Source: the human T2T-CHM13v2.0 reference genome, Homo sapiens. From it: a stretch of 64,000 nucleotides of DNA. A model generated the notes under the pieces. It saw only the letters and a list, made by a program, of their open reading frames with translations. It was not told the DNA's origin and did not search any database. Location of the stretch: assembly GCF_009914755.1 (NCBI RefSeq), contig NC_060940.1. One strand, written 5' to 3'. Numbering within the stretch: position 1 is the first letter of the stretch; each line of letters opens with the position of its first letter. Positions 35,030 to 58,054 of this stretch are shown here, in pieces. Both the position numbers and the translations under genes were made by a program.

Positions 35030-35330
35030 CCTTATAGGAGCACCTGGAATCTAAGTGTAATTCCTCCTTGTACAGCCCTTCTGACATTAAGATAAAATAC
35101 TATCAGGTGCTGCACACTAAGTGTTCTCTTCTTCAAGCTAACCATTCCTCTCCTCTGTACCATTCCTCTTGATGTAGTTTCAAGACTTCTCACCCTCCTG
35201 ATTAGTCTTCTTCTGAAAGAATCCTGTATATCAATGTGTCTTTTAAAATTAAACACCCAGAATTGAACACAGTGTTTCAGATAGAGTCTAAACAGTTCAT
35301 GGTATAGGAAGCCCATGCTTTTCTTATTCT
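35030..35330 (-). mobile_element. L3/CR1 LINE fragment (ORF2 C-terminal region)
   Basis: ORF 35032-35316 reads LFRLYLKHCVQFW...IRRVRSLETTS...GMVSLKKRTL, matching the CR1 pattern LVRPHLEYCVQFW...TRMVKGLE...GMFSLEKRRL. Confidence 0.82.
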
Positions 35331-36440
35331 GACTATATTATTTTATGACTGTATCTCTAGATTCTTAGCTTTTTAAAGATTATTCTCTTCCCTTTTTCAG
35401 TGAATTTCGCTAAGCTTGGCATATCCCATTTTGTATTTATAAAGCTGAATTTTTTAAAGCCCAAATGTAGAAGTTGTTAAGATGCCTCCCTGTTTTCTCC
35501 CTTATTGAAATTATACGTAGTTGCATAATATAGGCTTTATATCCTTCTATACCTTTGACTGAAATGAGTATTAGAGTGTTTAGCTAAGAGCTTTTTATCT
35601 GTCTTTTCTCAGAACTTTTAAAATCTGCTTTCCTAAAGTCTACAGTGTATGTCTGACTTAATCAAATGTATGGCTTTGTCAAATCCAATTCTTCAGATAA
35701 AACTGCATTCTCCACCTGATCCTGTCCATTCAGGTCCATCCAAAGCTGAGTGGCCAAAAGTGGTTTCACTATATAATGGTCTGTGGAATGACTTAACGGA
35801 GTTTGATTCTAATGTACATGTGTTTAAAGCAGCTCTGCTTAAACCACACATAGCATCTTTTTCACAAAGTCCTCAAAGTCAGTGCTGTCATCACTTAGCA
35901 TACCTTCTTCCTTTAGAAATCTTCACAATGAAAATACACTGAAGAAAGGTGGTTAGCAAAGTGCCTAGTGAAAACCAGATTTCTGTCTCAGATTTGTTTT
36001 TGTTTTAGTTCCACAAAGAGCACAATTTCTCTTATTCTTTCAGTAGTATTTCAAATACAATGAATTTATCTAGAATTTTCCTAAATTGACAAATTTTGTT
36101 TAAGAAAACTCTTCAACAAATTACCGAGGAGTAAATGGTTTTTTATATGCTGCCAAGTTTACTTTGGCAATGTAAATTGAACTAGAACTAGGGTTCATTT
36201 TTAAGTGTAGGATTATAATTCAAGATAATCTGTATAAAGGAAATTGTTGTAGCTGAAAATAGATCAAAGTATTGAAGAAATAACAATAATGAGGAGTTTT
36301 AAGTGTGGAAAAGTTAGTACTCAAGAAAGGGTAATGAACTTTTAAATGTACACTGTTTTACCAAAAATGTTAATCACATTACCTCTCTATTTTTTTAAGT
36401 GGTATATAGTCAAAAATAAAATATTTTTGTTTGATGACAG

Positions 36441-36574
36441 GTATACCAGAGAGGCAGGGGTTCGTTCTCTGGATAGAAAACTTGGGGCCATTTGCCGAGC
36501 TGTGGCCGTGAAGGTGGCAGAAGGACAGCATAAGGAAGCCAAGTTGGACCGTTCTGATGTGACTGAGAGAGAAG
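36441..36574 (+). CDS. LONP2: LONP2 coding exon (probably exon 11), sensor-2
   Basis: ttgatgacag|GTATACC ... GAGAAG|gttggt; 134 nt, phase 2 to 1; YTREAGVRSLDRKLGAICRAVAVKVAEGQHKEAKLDRSDVTERE. Confidence 0.96.
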
Positions 36575-36817
36575 GTTGGTGACCTTGTTCTGGCATTCTC
36601 AGGCCTGGTGGCTAGGAGTGAGTGACAGAAGAAGGTTGGGTATGGAGGGGAAGGTGTTGGGTAGTCCTTGGAGCAGTGGCACACATGACTCCACTGTTAA
36701 ATGCATCCAGTAAGTAATACCTTAATGTTTCAACATATTTCATCCAGAGGATTGTCTTTTACAAATAGCACAGTTTTAACTGGAATAATAATATGAATGC
36801 TTTGAGGATATAGGAAC

Positions 36818-37354
36818 TGTATTAGGGTTCACTAGAGGGACAAGACTAATAGGATAGATGTGTATATGAAGAAGAGTTTAAGGAGTATTAACTCACACAA
36901 TCACATGGTGAAGTCCCACAATAGGCCATCTGCAGGCCGAGGAGCAAGGAAGCCAGTCCAAGTTCCAAAATCTCAAAAGTAGGGAAGCCGACAGTACAGC
37001 CTTCAGTCTGTGGCCGAAGCCCCAAGAGCCCCCAGCAAACCACTGGCGTACGTTCAAGAGTCCAAAAGTTGAAGAACTTCGAGTCCAATATTCGAGGGCA
37101 AGAAGCATCCAGCACGGGAGAAAGCTGAAGGCCAGAAGATTCAGCAAGTCTGATCCTTCCAGCTTCTTTTCTCTGCTTTATTCTAGCCATGCTGGAAGCT
37201 GATTAGATGGTGCCCACTCAGATTGAGGGTGGGTCTGCCTCTCCTAGTCCGCTGACTCAAATGTTAATCTCCTTTGACTATATCCTCACAGACACACTGG
37301 AACAATACTTTGCATCCTTCAATCCAAAGTTGAAACTCACTATTAACCATCACA
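36818..37354 (-). mobile_element. MLT2A-type (HERV-L) solo LTR
   Basis: tgtattagggttcactagaggga ... tattaaccatcaca; 537 bp; 5-bp TSD ggaac/gtaac. Confidence 0.9.
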
Positions 37355-37690
37355 GTAACTTTCTCCAGATGTATAATGATGGTGTACGTTATGTATGGGT
37401 TCTGGTGTTATCTTATTTCTTTCTGACCCAGACAGTTAAGTCTTTAAATAATTTATAACATAAAAAGTTTTTACAACATAAGACAATCCATGCTGTTCAG
37501 GTACTGCAAGGACAGACCTTTGTACTCTGGAATAGCTCCATGTGTAATAATTTTTCACACATTTTCTTTTATGGATAAACAACTAAATGTAATTTAAATT
37601 ATTCTTTAAAAAATTATTGTGAAGGTGTTCTATTACTGGAATTAATCAAATGTGGATGTTCCTTTGGTATCTACTTAAAATGTTTTAACT

Positions 37691-38000
37691 GGCCAGGCAC
37701 AGTGGCTCATGCCTTTGATCCCAGCACTTTGGAAGGTTGAGGCAGGCAGATGACTTGAGGTCAGGAGTTTGAGACCAGCCTAGCCAACACGGTGAAACCC
37801 CGTCTCTACTAAAAATACAAAAATTAGCCAGGCGTGGTGTTGGGCGCCTGTAGTCCCCGCTACTCTGGAGGTTGAGGCAGGAGAATCGCTTGAGCCCAAA
37901 AGTCAGAGGTTGCAGTGAGCAAAGGTCATGCCCACTGCACTCCATCTGGGCAACGGAGCGAGACTCCATCTCAAAAAAATAAATAAGTAAATAAAATAAA
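37691..38000 (+). mobile_element. AluS
   Basis: TSD taaaatgttttaa. Confidence 0.93.
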
Positions 38001-38497
38001 ATGTTTTAATTTCTTGCCCCAAAACTGTAAGGGGTCTCAGTTCATCATATCATGCTGTTATGCAGTTTGCCAAAACTTGCTTTAACAAACATGAGTTGTA
38101 GGGAATTGACAATTTCTTTCATAGTAAAGAGATTTATTAGATTTTTCTATCATTTCCATAGCTGTTTCCAGAAAGGAGTTGGATGACTGTGATTAAAGAA
38201 CCATAATTTATGGTGGACCCAGTTGAACAGACACAGCCAAATGTCTTTCTTGTTTTTCCATCAGTCGCTGAACACAGTGCATTTTACAGCAGTAGCATCA
38301 GAGTCAGCTTTCACAGAATCCTTCTGTGGCCAGTACAGTGCTTCACCCCTGCCTCCCCACGCCTGGAACCTCACTGGTTCATTTTCTCCAGAGAGCGAAG
38401 CTCCTATCTTCTGTTGGATTGGAGGGAGGCAGTGCCTTCATTATGTGGAGTAGGAGTAGAGGTAGTGAGTTCTAATTGTATTTTATCCAGACTTTAA

Positions 38498-38863
<366 letters not shown>

Positions 38864-41025
38864 TAGAAAACTTTTGCCTTTTGTCCCACTCTTCATCCAT
38901 GCTTTCAGGGCTACCTTGAATTCTTTAGCTTTTGTAGACTTTTAGGACCCACATCAACTTGTTGTTCTCTATCTCTAGCCCCACAAATGTTGAGGTTTCT
39001 GCTTTCTCTAGCCTGTTAAGTGTTGGTTACTTTTTGTCCATGTACTTTTTGTTTCCCAAAATTTTGTCAGCATCTCTTGTCAGCTGATGTCCTCTTTGTC
39101 ATTATTTTTGTTCTTGTGGGTTTATATATTTTTTATTTCTTAATTGTCATTTTAATACTATTCAGACAGGAAGTAAAAACGCATGCTCAGACTACCATTT
39201 ATAGAAATTTGAATTTAAAAAAAATGTCCTAGGTGAGGGAGTACCTATCAAGGGTGGAAATCACTTGTGTAGATGACAGTGACAGTGGAGAACTGAAGTC
39301 TATAAAAGTTAAGACCTAGATCTAGATGCTCCTGAATTTCCCCTTTTTATTCTTAACAACACTTCCTTTGTGCTGTGATCTCAAGCAACTGAGCCTAGGT
39401 CTTTTTATTCTTGTCTGATATAACAGAAGGTAGAGGATGAAATAAATGAGTTTATTAGGTAACACATTTTGAAAATTGTGTTTAAGATTTAGATGATATA
39501 TTTTAGAACTTCTAATAAATTCAGAGGAATTCAATGTCAAAGGAAACTTTTGTATAGTTATACATTGCTTAATGTTTATACATACATCCATGTAGCATAC
39601 TTCTAATAATATCTTTAATTATACTAGTTATTTTAAAATAACCCACAAATACTCAAGGAATTGTTCAGTTTGTGAACTGTGTGAGAACTACAGTTTTTCA
39701 TGGTAACATTTATTTGTGTGGTTTTTAAAAGTGATCACAGGACATCTCCTAAAAGATAATATAGTTAAGCAGATTTGCTTAGTTAAGATATTACCAAGAG
39801 CATCTAGATGAATAATTAGAATAAATACTTGTCTCTTGGAGACGATTTTGGGTGTAGTCTTTACTAGAGGCATAGGTATGGACTCCAAGTTGGCTCTAAT
39901 ATTATGAGATACCCTTGAGTAAATAACAGCCATTCTCTAGACCTTAGTAGAATGATTATTAGGTGTCCTGAATTGTTTATGACCTCAACCAAACCAAAAG
40001 AATAATTTCTACAAAAGAGTCTATGTTAGGTTTTCATAGCACCAAGTTCAAATGGAGCTTAGTAATGAAAATTTTCTCATTAAGAAATGAATTAATTAAA
40101 ATTAAGAGCATAAAATAAGACAGTTGTTTTAGAAACTTCAAGTAATACAGTGTGGGAGTTATTTTTAATGTTAAAAATAAAGCTTTCCTAATTCAAGCAC
40201 GAGAGACAGAAAAAAAATAATAAGGCTGAACTTGGAGTTACTGCCAGGAAGAAAAGTAATTTTAGGCCACAAGCTTCAAAACAGGCAGAAACCTCCAGTG
40301 TATCAAACAAACTTTCTGGAATAGGCCCAGAAGCACTGATCTGTGAACAGTTGTCTTTGTATTTGTGGGGTCTTAACTGGCAGTTAAAGAGACTAAATAA
40401 TAGCAGGGAGTTTAAAAAGCAGGTGAGATTTAGAATTGATCGATCTGTGTTAGCGGAGGAACATTTATGGTTTCAGTCACTTACCTATAAAGTATGAGAA
40501 TTGTTTCTTTAAAAGAATGCTGCCTCTGTTTTTCTGCATGTTGTTAGTATTTTCTGAATTGCCGTTTTCCTTTCTAGGGTATTTGTTGGGTTGAGAGATT
40601 AGTTGGATTACATGACTACAGTTTTATTCTGCTTTTTGCCTGCCTTTTGCCAAGAAAGACACAAATGTCCCATGTATTTAATTTTGCACACTTCAGTGTT
40701 TCTAAACAGGGTAAATGTTCATTTGTTTAAGTACCCATGTATCATATATTCAATTTATATCTAGCAAGATTTTTCCTCAAAAATTATCCTAAGCAAAGAA
40801 GGATTTATATTATAATCAGTCCTTATAAAGTTTCTCATAATACACTGCATTCTCAATTACTTTATTTTTGAAGAACATAGTATTTGAGGAAGTTACATTA
40901 AACAGAAAGAACCTGGGTAGATACTAGTTTCTGATTATTTTCATAGAAGTCACCTGAAAAATTGGTTAGAAAAAAAAGACAAAATTAATACAAATTTAAC
41001 AGTTATTTGTGAAATATGTAAATGT

Positions 41026-41360
41026 TGTGTTATTCCATTTTGCTGTGCTACAAAGGAATACTTGAGGCTGGGTAATTTATAAAGAAAAGAGATTTGTTTG
41101 GGTCAGAGTTCTGCAGGCTCTATAACAGGCACAGTGCTAGCTTATAAGGTGAGACCTTAGGTAGCTTATAATCATGATGGAGGACAATGGGAGAGCAGGC
41201 ATGTCACATGGTGAGAGAGGGAGCAAGGAAAGAGCCAGGGACCTTTTAACAACCAGCTGTCATGTGAACTCATTACCATGGGGAAGGCACCAAGCCATTT
41301 ATCAGGGATCTGCCCCTGTGACCCAAACATCTCCCAGTAGGTCCCTCCTCCAACATTGGG
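41026..41360 (-). mobile_element. MST-type (MaLR) LTR, truncated by L1
   Basis: aaaggaatacttgaggctgggtaatttataaagaaaagag ... acccaaacatctcccagtaggtccctcctccaacattggg. Confidence 0.85.
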
Positions 41361-41361
41361 A

Positions 41362-42810
<1,449 letters not shown>

Positions 42811-42835
42811 GCATGAGCTATCATGCCCAGCCTCA

Positions 42836-46300
<3,465 letters not shown>

Positions 46301-46589
46301 TCAAGAATTACTTTATCTTAGATAATCTTGGTATCTGGTAGTGTAAGTCTTCCAGCTTTGTTCTTCTTCAGAATTGGGTTGGCTATTGTAGGTCCTTCAA
46401 ATATCCATGTAAATTTTAAAGTCAGTTTGTCATTTTCTACCAACAAGTAAATAAATAAAAACTCCTGGGGCATTTTTATTATGATTCCGTTGAATCTGTA
46501 AATCTAGTTGGGGAGAATTGACAATTTGTATTATCAAGTCTTCTAATTCATGACCAGCTTCATTTATTTAAGTCTTCTTACATAAGTTT

Positions 46590-47940
<1,351 letters not shown>

Positions 47941-48584
47941 TTAAATAAGTTTTTTAAGAGTTTTGATCATTTTCTGTGGCACACTTTTACATAATTTTTC
48001 TTTAGATATCTTCCTAGGTATTTGATCTTTATGTGTATATTATTGTAAATAACGTTCTTAAAATTTTGTTTTCTAATTTTTTGTTGGTAGTGTATGACAA
48101 TGCAATATTGGCCTCCTGTTCAACAAACTTGCCACATTCACTTATTAATCATAATTGTTTGTGGAATCTTTTGGATTTTCTGCATCTACCATCCTGTAAT
48201 CACAAATGCAGATGTCAGTTTTTACTTCTTCCTTTCCAACGTTATACCTTTTATTTAATTTCTTCCCTAATATGTTGTCTAGGACCTCCTGGGAAATGCT
48301 GAATAGAAATAATGATAATAGACAAAGTAAGCAGGATAAAAGCCTATGAAGAAATTACCAACTGACATAGGCTTTGCTTTGTAGCTTTAGGTCACCCCTC
48401 ATCACCTAATATTATAAAATGACAATTCGGTAGGATTCTCAGAAACTGTCCAGTTTGACCCTGATTTAATTCTCAACATTCTCCAGTAAACACTATGCCT
48501 TGCCTGTTTGACTTTGTTAACAGACATGTCAGACAATCATGTGGTGAAGTGTGATTTTACTTGTTTATTCAACCTGAGATTTGC

Positions 48585-48947
48585 TGACAGTTCGTTCTGT
48601 GTTGCTGTAACAGAATACCACAGACTGGGTAATTTTAAATGAGCAGAAATGTATTGGTTCACAGTTCTGGAGGCTGAAGAGTCCAATGTCAAGGTGCCAG
48701 CTTCTGACAGGAACCTTCTTGCTGCATCTTCACATGGCAGAAGGGCAAAGAAAGAGAAGGGGGCCTGAACTCACTCTTTTATAAGGATATCAGTCTCACC
48801 CATAAGGGCAGAATCTTCAGGAACCTAAGAGCAACTTGTTACTTCATGGCCTACTGACCTCTTAAAAGTCTCACTACTTAATATTGTTACAATGGCAGTT
48901 AAATTTCAACATGAATTTTGAAGGGGACAAACATTTAAACCATAGCA
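48585..48947 (-). mobile_element. MST/MLT1A-type MaLR LTR
   Basis: gttgctgtaacagaataccacagactgggtaatt ... aggggacaaacatttaaaccatagca. Confidence 0.85.
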
Positions 48948-49276
48948 CTGACTTTCTTGAATTTGTATACTCTTTTATTGGTTTTGGAAAGATTTTGGCC
49001 ATTATCTTTTCAAATATTCTTCCCATTTTTTTACTCTTCCTTCTGGGATTCTGAGAAGAGAGCCCTTCACTGTCTCTTATCCTCCTTTCTATTTTTTTTT
49101 TGTTTGTTAATTTTTCTCTCTCATTCAGTTTAGATATTTTCTGTTGCCCTGTATTCCAGTTTGTTATTGCTTTCTTCTATTTTTTTGTGGTCTGCTATTA
49201 AGCCTATGAAGTTCTTAATTACCATATTGTAATTTTTTTTTTTTTTTTTTTTTACTTTTAGAATGGCCACTGGATA

Positions 49277-49962
<686 letters not shown>

Positions 49963-51270
49963 TAATCCCTCCTTTTCCCTATTTTCTTGGACATGCTAGT
50001 CATTATTTTGAAAATCTCTACCTTAACACTCCATTATCTGATTCAGTTATGTTTGGTGTTTGTTTTGTTTGTATTACCTTTTTTTCCCCCTTGATTTCTA
50101 GTTTTTTGTTCTGTTTTTTAGCATTTCTTGTATTTTTTTACTGGATGCCAGACATTGGATGAAAAATACAAGGGCTGTAACTATTATCCTCTGAAAAGTG
50201 TTACATTTTCTTCTGATTGGTAACTACAGTACCAACCTGTCACTCTGTCCTGTCAAGGCTGAGTTTTAGGCTTTGTCAGGACTCGTCAATTTCAGTTTGG
50301 GTCTTATTACTGGGATACAGTCTTTATTTTTATTATGTGGTACTCCCAGGATGTAGTTCTTATTCCTTCGTGGGTGACCCTTACTTCTAGAGCATGATCT
50401 TTCTGAGTTCTCACATGAAAATCCAATCAGGTCTTTAGCATCCTGGCTTCTCCTTTCTCCTGGGTTTCTAAAAGACTCACCCTGAATACATTCAACTTAG
50501 GAGTTAGTCAACAGCTTGAGGGGGATTTAAGTGCAGATTTTTGAGATCCTTCTTTTTGGTTTCTTCCTTTATTGGGATTTTGCCAATGAAGTCCCAGTTG
50601 CTTTGACAACCTCTAATTTTCAGAATTACTTTTGACTAAATGTTTTATGATTCTAAACATACCATCTACTCTGTCAATTCTGAATTATGGTGATACTCAA
50701 TTCTACCTCAAATCCCAAAGAAAAGAGGGGGAAAAAACAACAAAACTAAGAAGAAACATTGCTTTTGTTTTGTAGCTTTAGGCTTCTACCTATATAATTG
50801 ACTATTATAAAATCTCATTTGAGTAGGATCTTTAGTAGCCACCTACTTTGACTGTGATTTGATTTATAAATCCCTTCACAACATTCCTCAGTAAACACCA
50901 TGCTTTGCCTGTTTGACTTGGTTAACAGACATGTCTTTATAAACTTGGCTATCCATTTTCCAGTCTGTAGGAAAAGAGAAGCTGTAAGTTGGAGAAAAGG
51001 CTAGTGGTTGGGTGGTGAGTCATAAGCAATAAGATTTGATGTCAGTGATGACAGGCCTGTCCTCTTATGATAGATTCCTTGAGCCCCCTGCTGACCACAA
51101 AGCTTTGGCTGGCTAGACCACAAGTCTGTCTCCCTCAATGACAATTTTTGTAGCTCAATATGGATCCTATTTTGTGTGAGTTGCATTTGGAGATTTATTG
51201 TTTATCTGCTGTATTTGCCTTAGGTGGGACAGTGAAATCAACCTAATGTAGTGGAAGGAAGTAGGTATTA

Positions 51271-52284
<1,014 letters not shown>

Positions 52285-52366
52285 CATATCCATTCTCGTC
52301 TACGGCCATGAGTGCATTTATGTTAACAGAAAATGCTAAATTTAATGTTTAGAAAGTAACCTCTGT

Positions 52367-52661
52367 GGCCAGACATGGTGACTAATGCCTGTAATCCTGG
52401 CACTTTGGGAGGCCGAGGCAGGCAGATCACTTGAGGCCAGGAGTTCGAGACCAGCCTGGCCAACACAGTGAAACCCTGTCTCTACTAAAAATAGAAAAAA
52501 TTAGTTGGGCATGGTGGTGGGTGCCTGTAATCTCAGCTACTTGGGAGGGTGAGGCAGGAGAATCACTTGAGCCCAAGAGGTGGAGGTCGCAGTGAGCCAA
52601 AAATCAAGCCACTGCACTCTAGCCTGGATGACAGAGCAAGACTCTCTCAAAAAAAATAAAA
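52367..52661 (+). mobile_element. AluS
   Basis: TSD aaagtaacctctgtg. Confidence 0.93.
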
Positions 52662-52814
52662 AGTAACCTCTGTGCTTTGTGTAACTTTTTGCTAAATTCC
52701 TGTCTTTGTCTTCTTGGAACAGTCTTCTACTTGTTACAGGATCTTCCTATCTTTTGGATTTTATATTAGTTTTAATATAAAATTAATATAGTTTTATATT
52801 ATATAGCCCACTGA

Positions 52815-53113
52815 CATGGCTGTTAGCTGACCTCAGTTCCTTGCTGACTTGGCCAGAGCCTTCAGTTTCTTATCTCTGGTAAGAGGTAATGTGTCTCTCC
52901 CTAGGGCAAGGCTGTGACAGCTGGCTTCTCCCAGAGGGAATGATGTGTGAGAGAAGCAGGGAGAGTAAGAATCAAGACAAAACTGCAGTCTTTTATACCC
53001 ATCACTATTGCCATATTCTCTTGGTCACACAGCCCAACCCTGGTATGATATGGGAGGCACTAACTCCATGGGGATGGGATATCTGGGCACCATCTTGAAG
53101 GCTAGCTGACACA
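52815..53113 (-). mobile_element. Old MLT1 (MLT1F-like) LTR fragment
   Basis: ctggcttctcccagag...tgccatattctcttggtcacacagcccaaccctggta...catcttgaaggctagctgacaca. Confidence 0.65.
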
Positions 53114-53149
53114 GATTATTTTTTGTGCGTGTGCCTGTAAGAATTTTTT

Positions 53150-53493
<344 letters not shown>

Positions 53494-54222
53494 TCAAACT
53501 TGAGCTGATTTCTTATCAAAGACCCAGGTTGCACAGATAGGGGTTAGAAGTTTGGATTCGGTTTTGCATTTTCAGTATTTAAAGTCTTGTTTCATCTTGT
53601 TCATTCTTACCTTTCCTTTGATTGTATTAGTAGCTCAGGACAAATAAGAATTTATAATTTTCCAAGGAACTAAGGTTGCTGTTGAGGAATATGGGTTTCA
53701 GAGACAAGAGTTTAGGCACTGGCTCATTGGTACTAAGCTTCAGGGGTTTGTAGTGTTGTTAGAGCTAATTGGATTTTACAAATAAGCCAAGATTATTAAA
53801 AAAAAAAAATAGATCTAGAGAGTAACACTTTCTGTGCTAAATCCATTGCATTTGATGGGATACTAGGCAGTATGCTATGTCCAAACTTCTAAAATCAGGC
53901 GGTGGTCTAACGTTGAGGTGAAAATATCATGTTGGTATATACTGCCAATATCATGAAGATATACTAAATATTATTTTCTGAGTCTGACATTTACACTGAT
54001 TTACTGATTTATCCCTCATCAATATTGGCCTGGTTTAAGAGAGACTTGTTTGCCTGTACAGACCGGGAGGAAGCTTCAATGAAGGCAAAAATCTAACTAT
54101 AATAGGAGCCAAACATTTGTTATTTGAATTCCAATTGGGGACAGGAAAATAAAATATTATCAAATAATTATAAAGTCATCATTCTGTTAAATGAATCATA
54201 TAGGAAAATGCATTGACCTTAA

Positions 54223-54453
54223 AACAGAGTCTGGCTCTGTTACCCGGACTGGAGTGGAGTGGCCTGGTTTCAACTTGCTGCAACCTCCACCTCACGGGCT
54301 TAAGCTGTCCTCCCACCTCAGTCCCTAGAGTAGCTGGGACCACAGGTTTTGCCATGTTGCTCAGGCTGTTCTCAAACTCCTGAGCTCAAGAAATCCACCT
54401 GTCTCAGCCTCCTGAAGTGCTGGGATTACAGGCGTGAGCCACCGCGCCCGGCC
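54223..54453 (-). mobile_element. AluJ with linker deletion
   Basis: Antisense Alu lacking the middle A-rich region. Confidence 0.85.
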
Positions 54454-54763
54454 TGCAGTGACCTTTGGTTGTCATTGTTATACATTATCAAAACAAACTC
54501 AAGTTACAAGAGTATTAAAGCAATACTTAATGGTTTTAAAAAAAATATTACAAAAGGTCTCTGCATTTTAACTACTCATCTAAATAATTGTCTAGGAATA
54601 TTTTCTGAATCTCTAATACAGGAAATGAGATTTATTAATACATAAAACCCACTGAAAACAGGGGTGCAAACTTTCTTGTCTGGTACTAAAGATGGATTCC
54701 TATGTTTTGGGCCCTTGTTTATACCAGTTTATTCAATCAGTGAGTCAGCTAGCATTTACTGAA

Positions 54764-56291
54764 TAGTCATATGCGTTGCTTAATGATGGGGATAATGTTC
54801 TGAGAAGTGCATCCCTGGGAAATTTTGTCATTGTGGAAACATCATAGAGTGTACTTACACAAACCTAGATGGTATAGCTTTCTACACACCTAGGCTATAT
54901 GGTATAGCCTGTTAATCCTAGGCTATAAACTTCTACAGCATGTGACTATACTGAATACTGTAGGCAATTATAACAGAGTGGTATTTGTATATCTAAACAA
55001 CAGATGAACAATAAAGAAAAAATAAACAACAAATAAAAGCTGGTACTTCTGTATAAAGGCACTTACCATGAATGGAGTTGCAGGACTGGAAGTAGCTCTG
55101 CGTGAGTCAGCAAGTGAGTGGGAGTGAATGTGAAAGCCTAGGACATTACTGTGTATATACTACTATAGACTTATTAACACTGTACACTTAGCCTGTATTT
55201 TTTAATTTTTTTCTTTTTTTTTTTTTACTTCTTTTTCTTTTTTTGAGACAGGCTGTGTTGCTCAGGCTGGTCTTGAACTCTTGGGCTCAAGTGATCCTTC
55301 TACCTCATCCTCCTAAGTAGCTGGGATTACAGGTGTGTGCCACCACACCCAGCTTTTTAAAACTTTTCAAATCTTTTATAATAACACTCAGCTTAAAACA
55401 CAAATACACTGTATAGCTATACAAAAAATATTTTTACCCCATTTATGCCTAGTGCTCCATTATTGGAACACTAAGCTTGTGGGAGTTATTTATATCCTAC
55501 TGCTCAAGGTCATTGCCAAGGTCTGATTTTTCACAAAAAAAAATTCACAACTTCTGGCATAAATGGGTTAATATCCTTACTGTATATAAGCTTTTTTAAA
55601 AATTGTTTTACTTTTTAAACTTCTTTGTTAAAAGCAAAGACACAGACACAGTCCTGAACTAGGTCAGGATCTTCAGTTTCACTGTCTTCCACTTCCACAT
55701 CTTGGCCCACTGGAAGGTCTTCAGAGGCAGTAACATGCATGGATAACAGTGCCTTCTACCTTCTGAAGGACCTGCCTGAGGCTGTTTTACAGTTAACTTC
55801 TTTTTTACAGAAGGGAGTACACTCTAAAATAATGATGAAAAGCATAGTATAGTCCAGGCACGATAGTGTGTGCCTGTAGTCCCAGCTACTCAGGAGGCTG
55901 AGGCAGGAAGATTGCTTGAACCCATGAGTTCAAGACCAGTCTGGGCAACATAGCGAGACTCCACCTCTAAAAATATATATAAGAATAAAAAATTTTTTTT
56001 AAATGAAGCATAGTAAGTACATAAACCAATAACATAGTCACTCACTATGACTATGAAGTATTATGTACTGTATGTAATTGTACGTGCTGTGCATTTATAC
56101 AGCTGGCAGCACAATAGGTTTGTGTACACCAAGCATCACCACAAAGATTTGGGTAATGCATTCCATTGCCCTAACGGGGCTACAACATCACTAGGCAATA
56201 GGAATCTTTCAGGTCCGTTGTTGTCTTCTGGGACTTCTGTCATATATGTGGTCTGCCTTTGACCAAAATGTTGTTATGCAGTGCGTGACTA
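54764..56291. mobile_element. Tigger3-type DNA transposon with two inserted Alu monomers (~55206-55352 minus, ~55853-55990 plus)
   Basis: tagtcatatgcgttgcttaatgatgggga...aaacatcatagagtgtacttacacaaacctagatggtatagc and the opposite end ttatgcagtgcgtgacta-ta. Confidence 0.85.
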
Positions 56292-56631
56292 TACCCACTA
56301 TATGTTCAAGTTCTAAATTGGATTCTGGGAAGCTGATTAAAGAGAAAATAATGTGTAGTCTATTGGAAGAGGTAGATAAACAATTTTTAAGTGAAATAAT
56401 TGCTAATTTTTAACCTCTGTGGAGGCACTGAACTGATCATTGAAAGCTCTATTTTACTTACTAAAGATATGGTAGCTTATAAAAATTACTTATAGTAAAT
56501 GGACATGAAAAGGTCATTTGCTTACATCTCTAAATTCATTTTGATGGAAAAATAGTGGAAAAATGTTTGCAGATACCCTTTTGTTTGTTTGTTTTTTTCA
56601 TAATAGATAATTGCCACTAAAATTGAAGAAT

Positions 56632-56978
<347 letters not shown>

Positions 56979-58054
56979 TCAGTGGTTATTATGTAGAAAT
57001 GTTCAGTAGGTAAACTTGAAAGAAAATGTATTTGGTAATCGTAAGGTTGTGTTGCCACCCCCAAAATAATGAAGAAAATACCAACAGAAAGAAAAAGGAT
57101 TTATTGCTGGCCTGAAGGTTCTTCTGGGCATTTGATCTACAGATTTCTCCATTATAGCTAGTTCCTTTAAAAAAATAAAAAACATTGAAAATATGCAGAC
57201 CCAAATGCCTTGGCAGCCCTGGTCAGTAACTTGAATCTCAGTTGCACTTAGCACAATTCCTCTGGCTGGGAAGATGTTGTTTTGGAAAAGATTAACCTGA
57301 AATGACAGCACGAATTATACAGTTGGAAATACTCAGGTTTTTCTGATTTTTTTCAAAAGATACTTTGCTTTTCCTTTTCTGCCTTACCATGGGAAGGTCC
57401 TTAGATGCATCATATCCTTGTCAGTTTAGCCTTGTGACACATATTTCTGCAATTTTGTGCAATAAGAAAGCCACTCGAAATCTCAGCATTTCATGTCACT
57501 TTTAAAGTAGGCTCAGTTAAAACAAAACCACTTGATTGTTTGTATAACCACAACCATATGTGTCTTTCTCTCCATGCTTAAACAAGGTCTGAAATCGTGT
57601 GTCAAACAGTTGAGATGTAAACATCTCCTCCTCACACATAACCCCTCTGCCATGTTGTTATTTATATCCCCAGTAACACACTTCTTGTCCCTGACACAAG
57701 TACAGCCGTCTCCACATTCCATTTTGCTCCTACTCCATCAGCTTGCAAGAAAAATTTTAATCATTCAAAAATAATTGTTACATAATTACTTTTCACTGAT
57801 TAAAAATATTTGTTTACTTGACAAAATTAGCATTAAAAACAGTAATTCTTTGGCAGATTAATAAGTATTTTGATGATTTGTCATTTTTCACAGATGTTGA
57901 TAAAATTTAAGAATTACATAGCCGAAATTTGGTCTAATTCAACAAACCACAATTGACTCTTTTGGTAAGGCCCTATGACGAATGGTATGGGAGAGTGGAG
58001 TTTATCCAATCTGACTTTCATTTTATTGATACGGAAACTGGGGCCCCATTTGTT

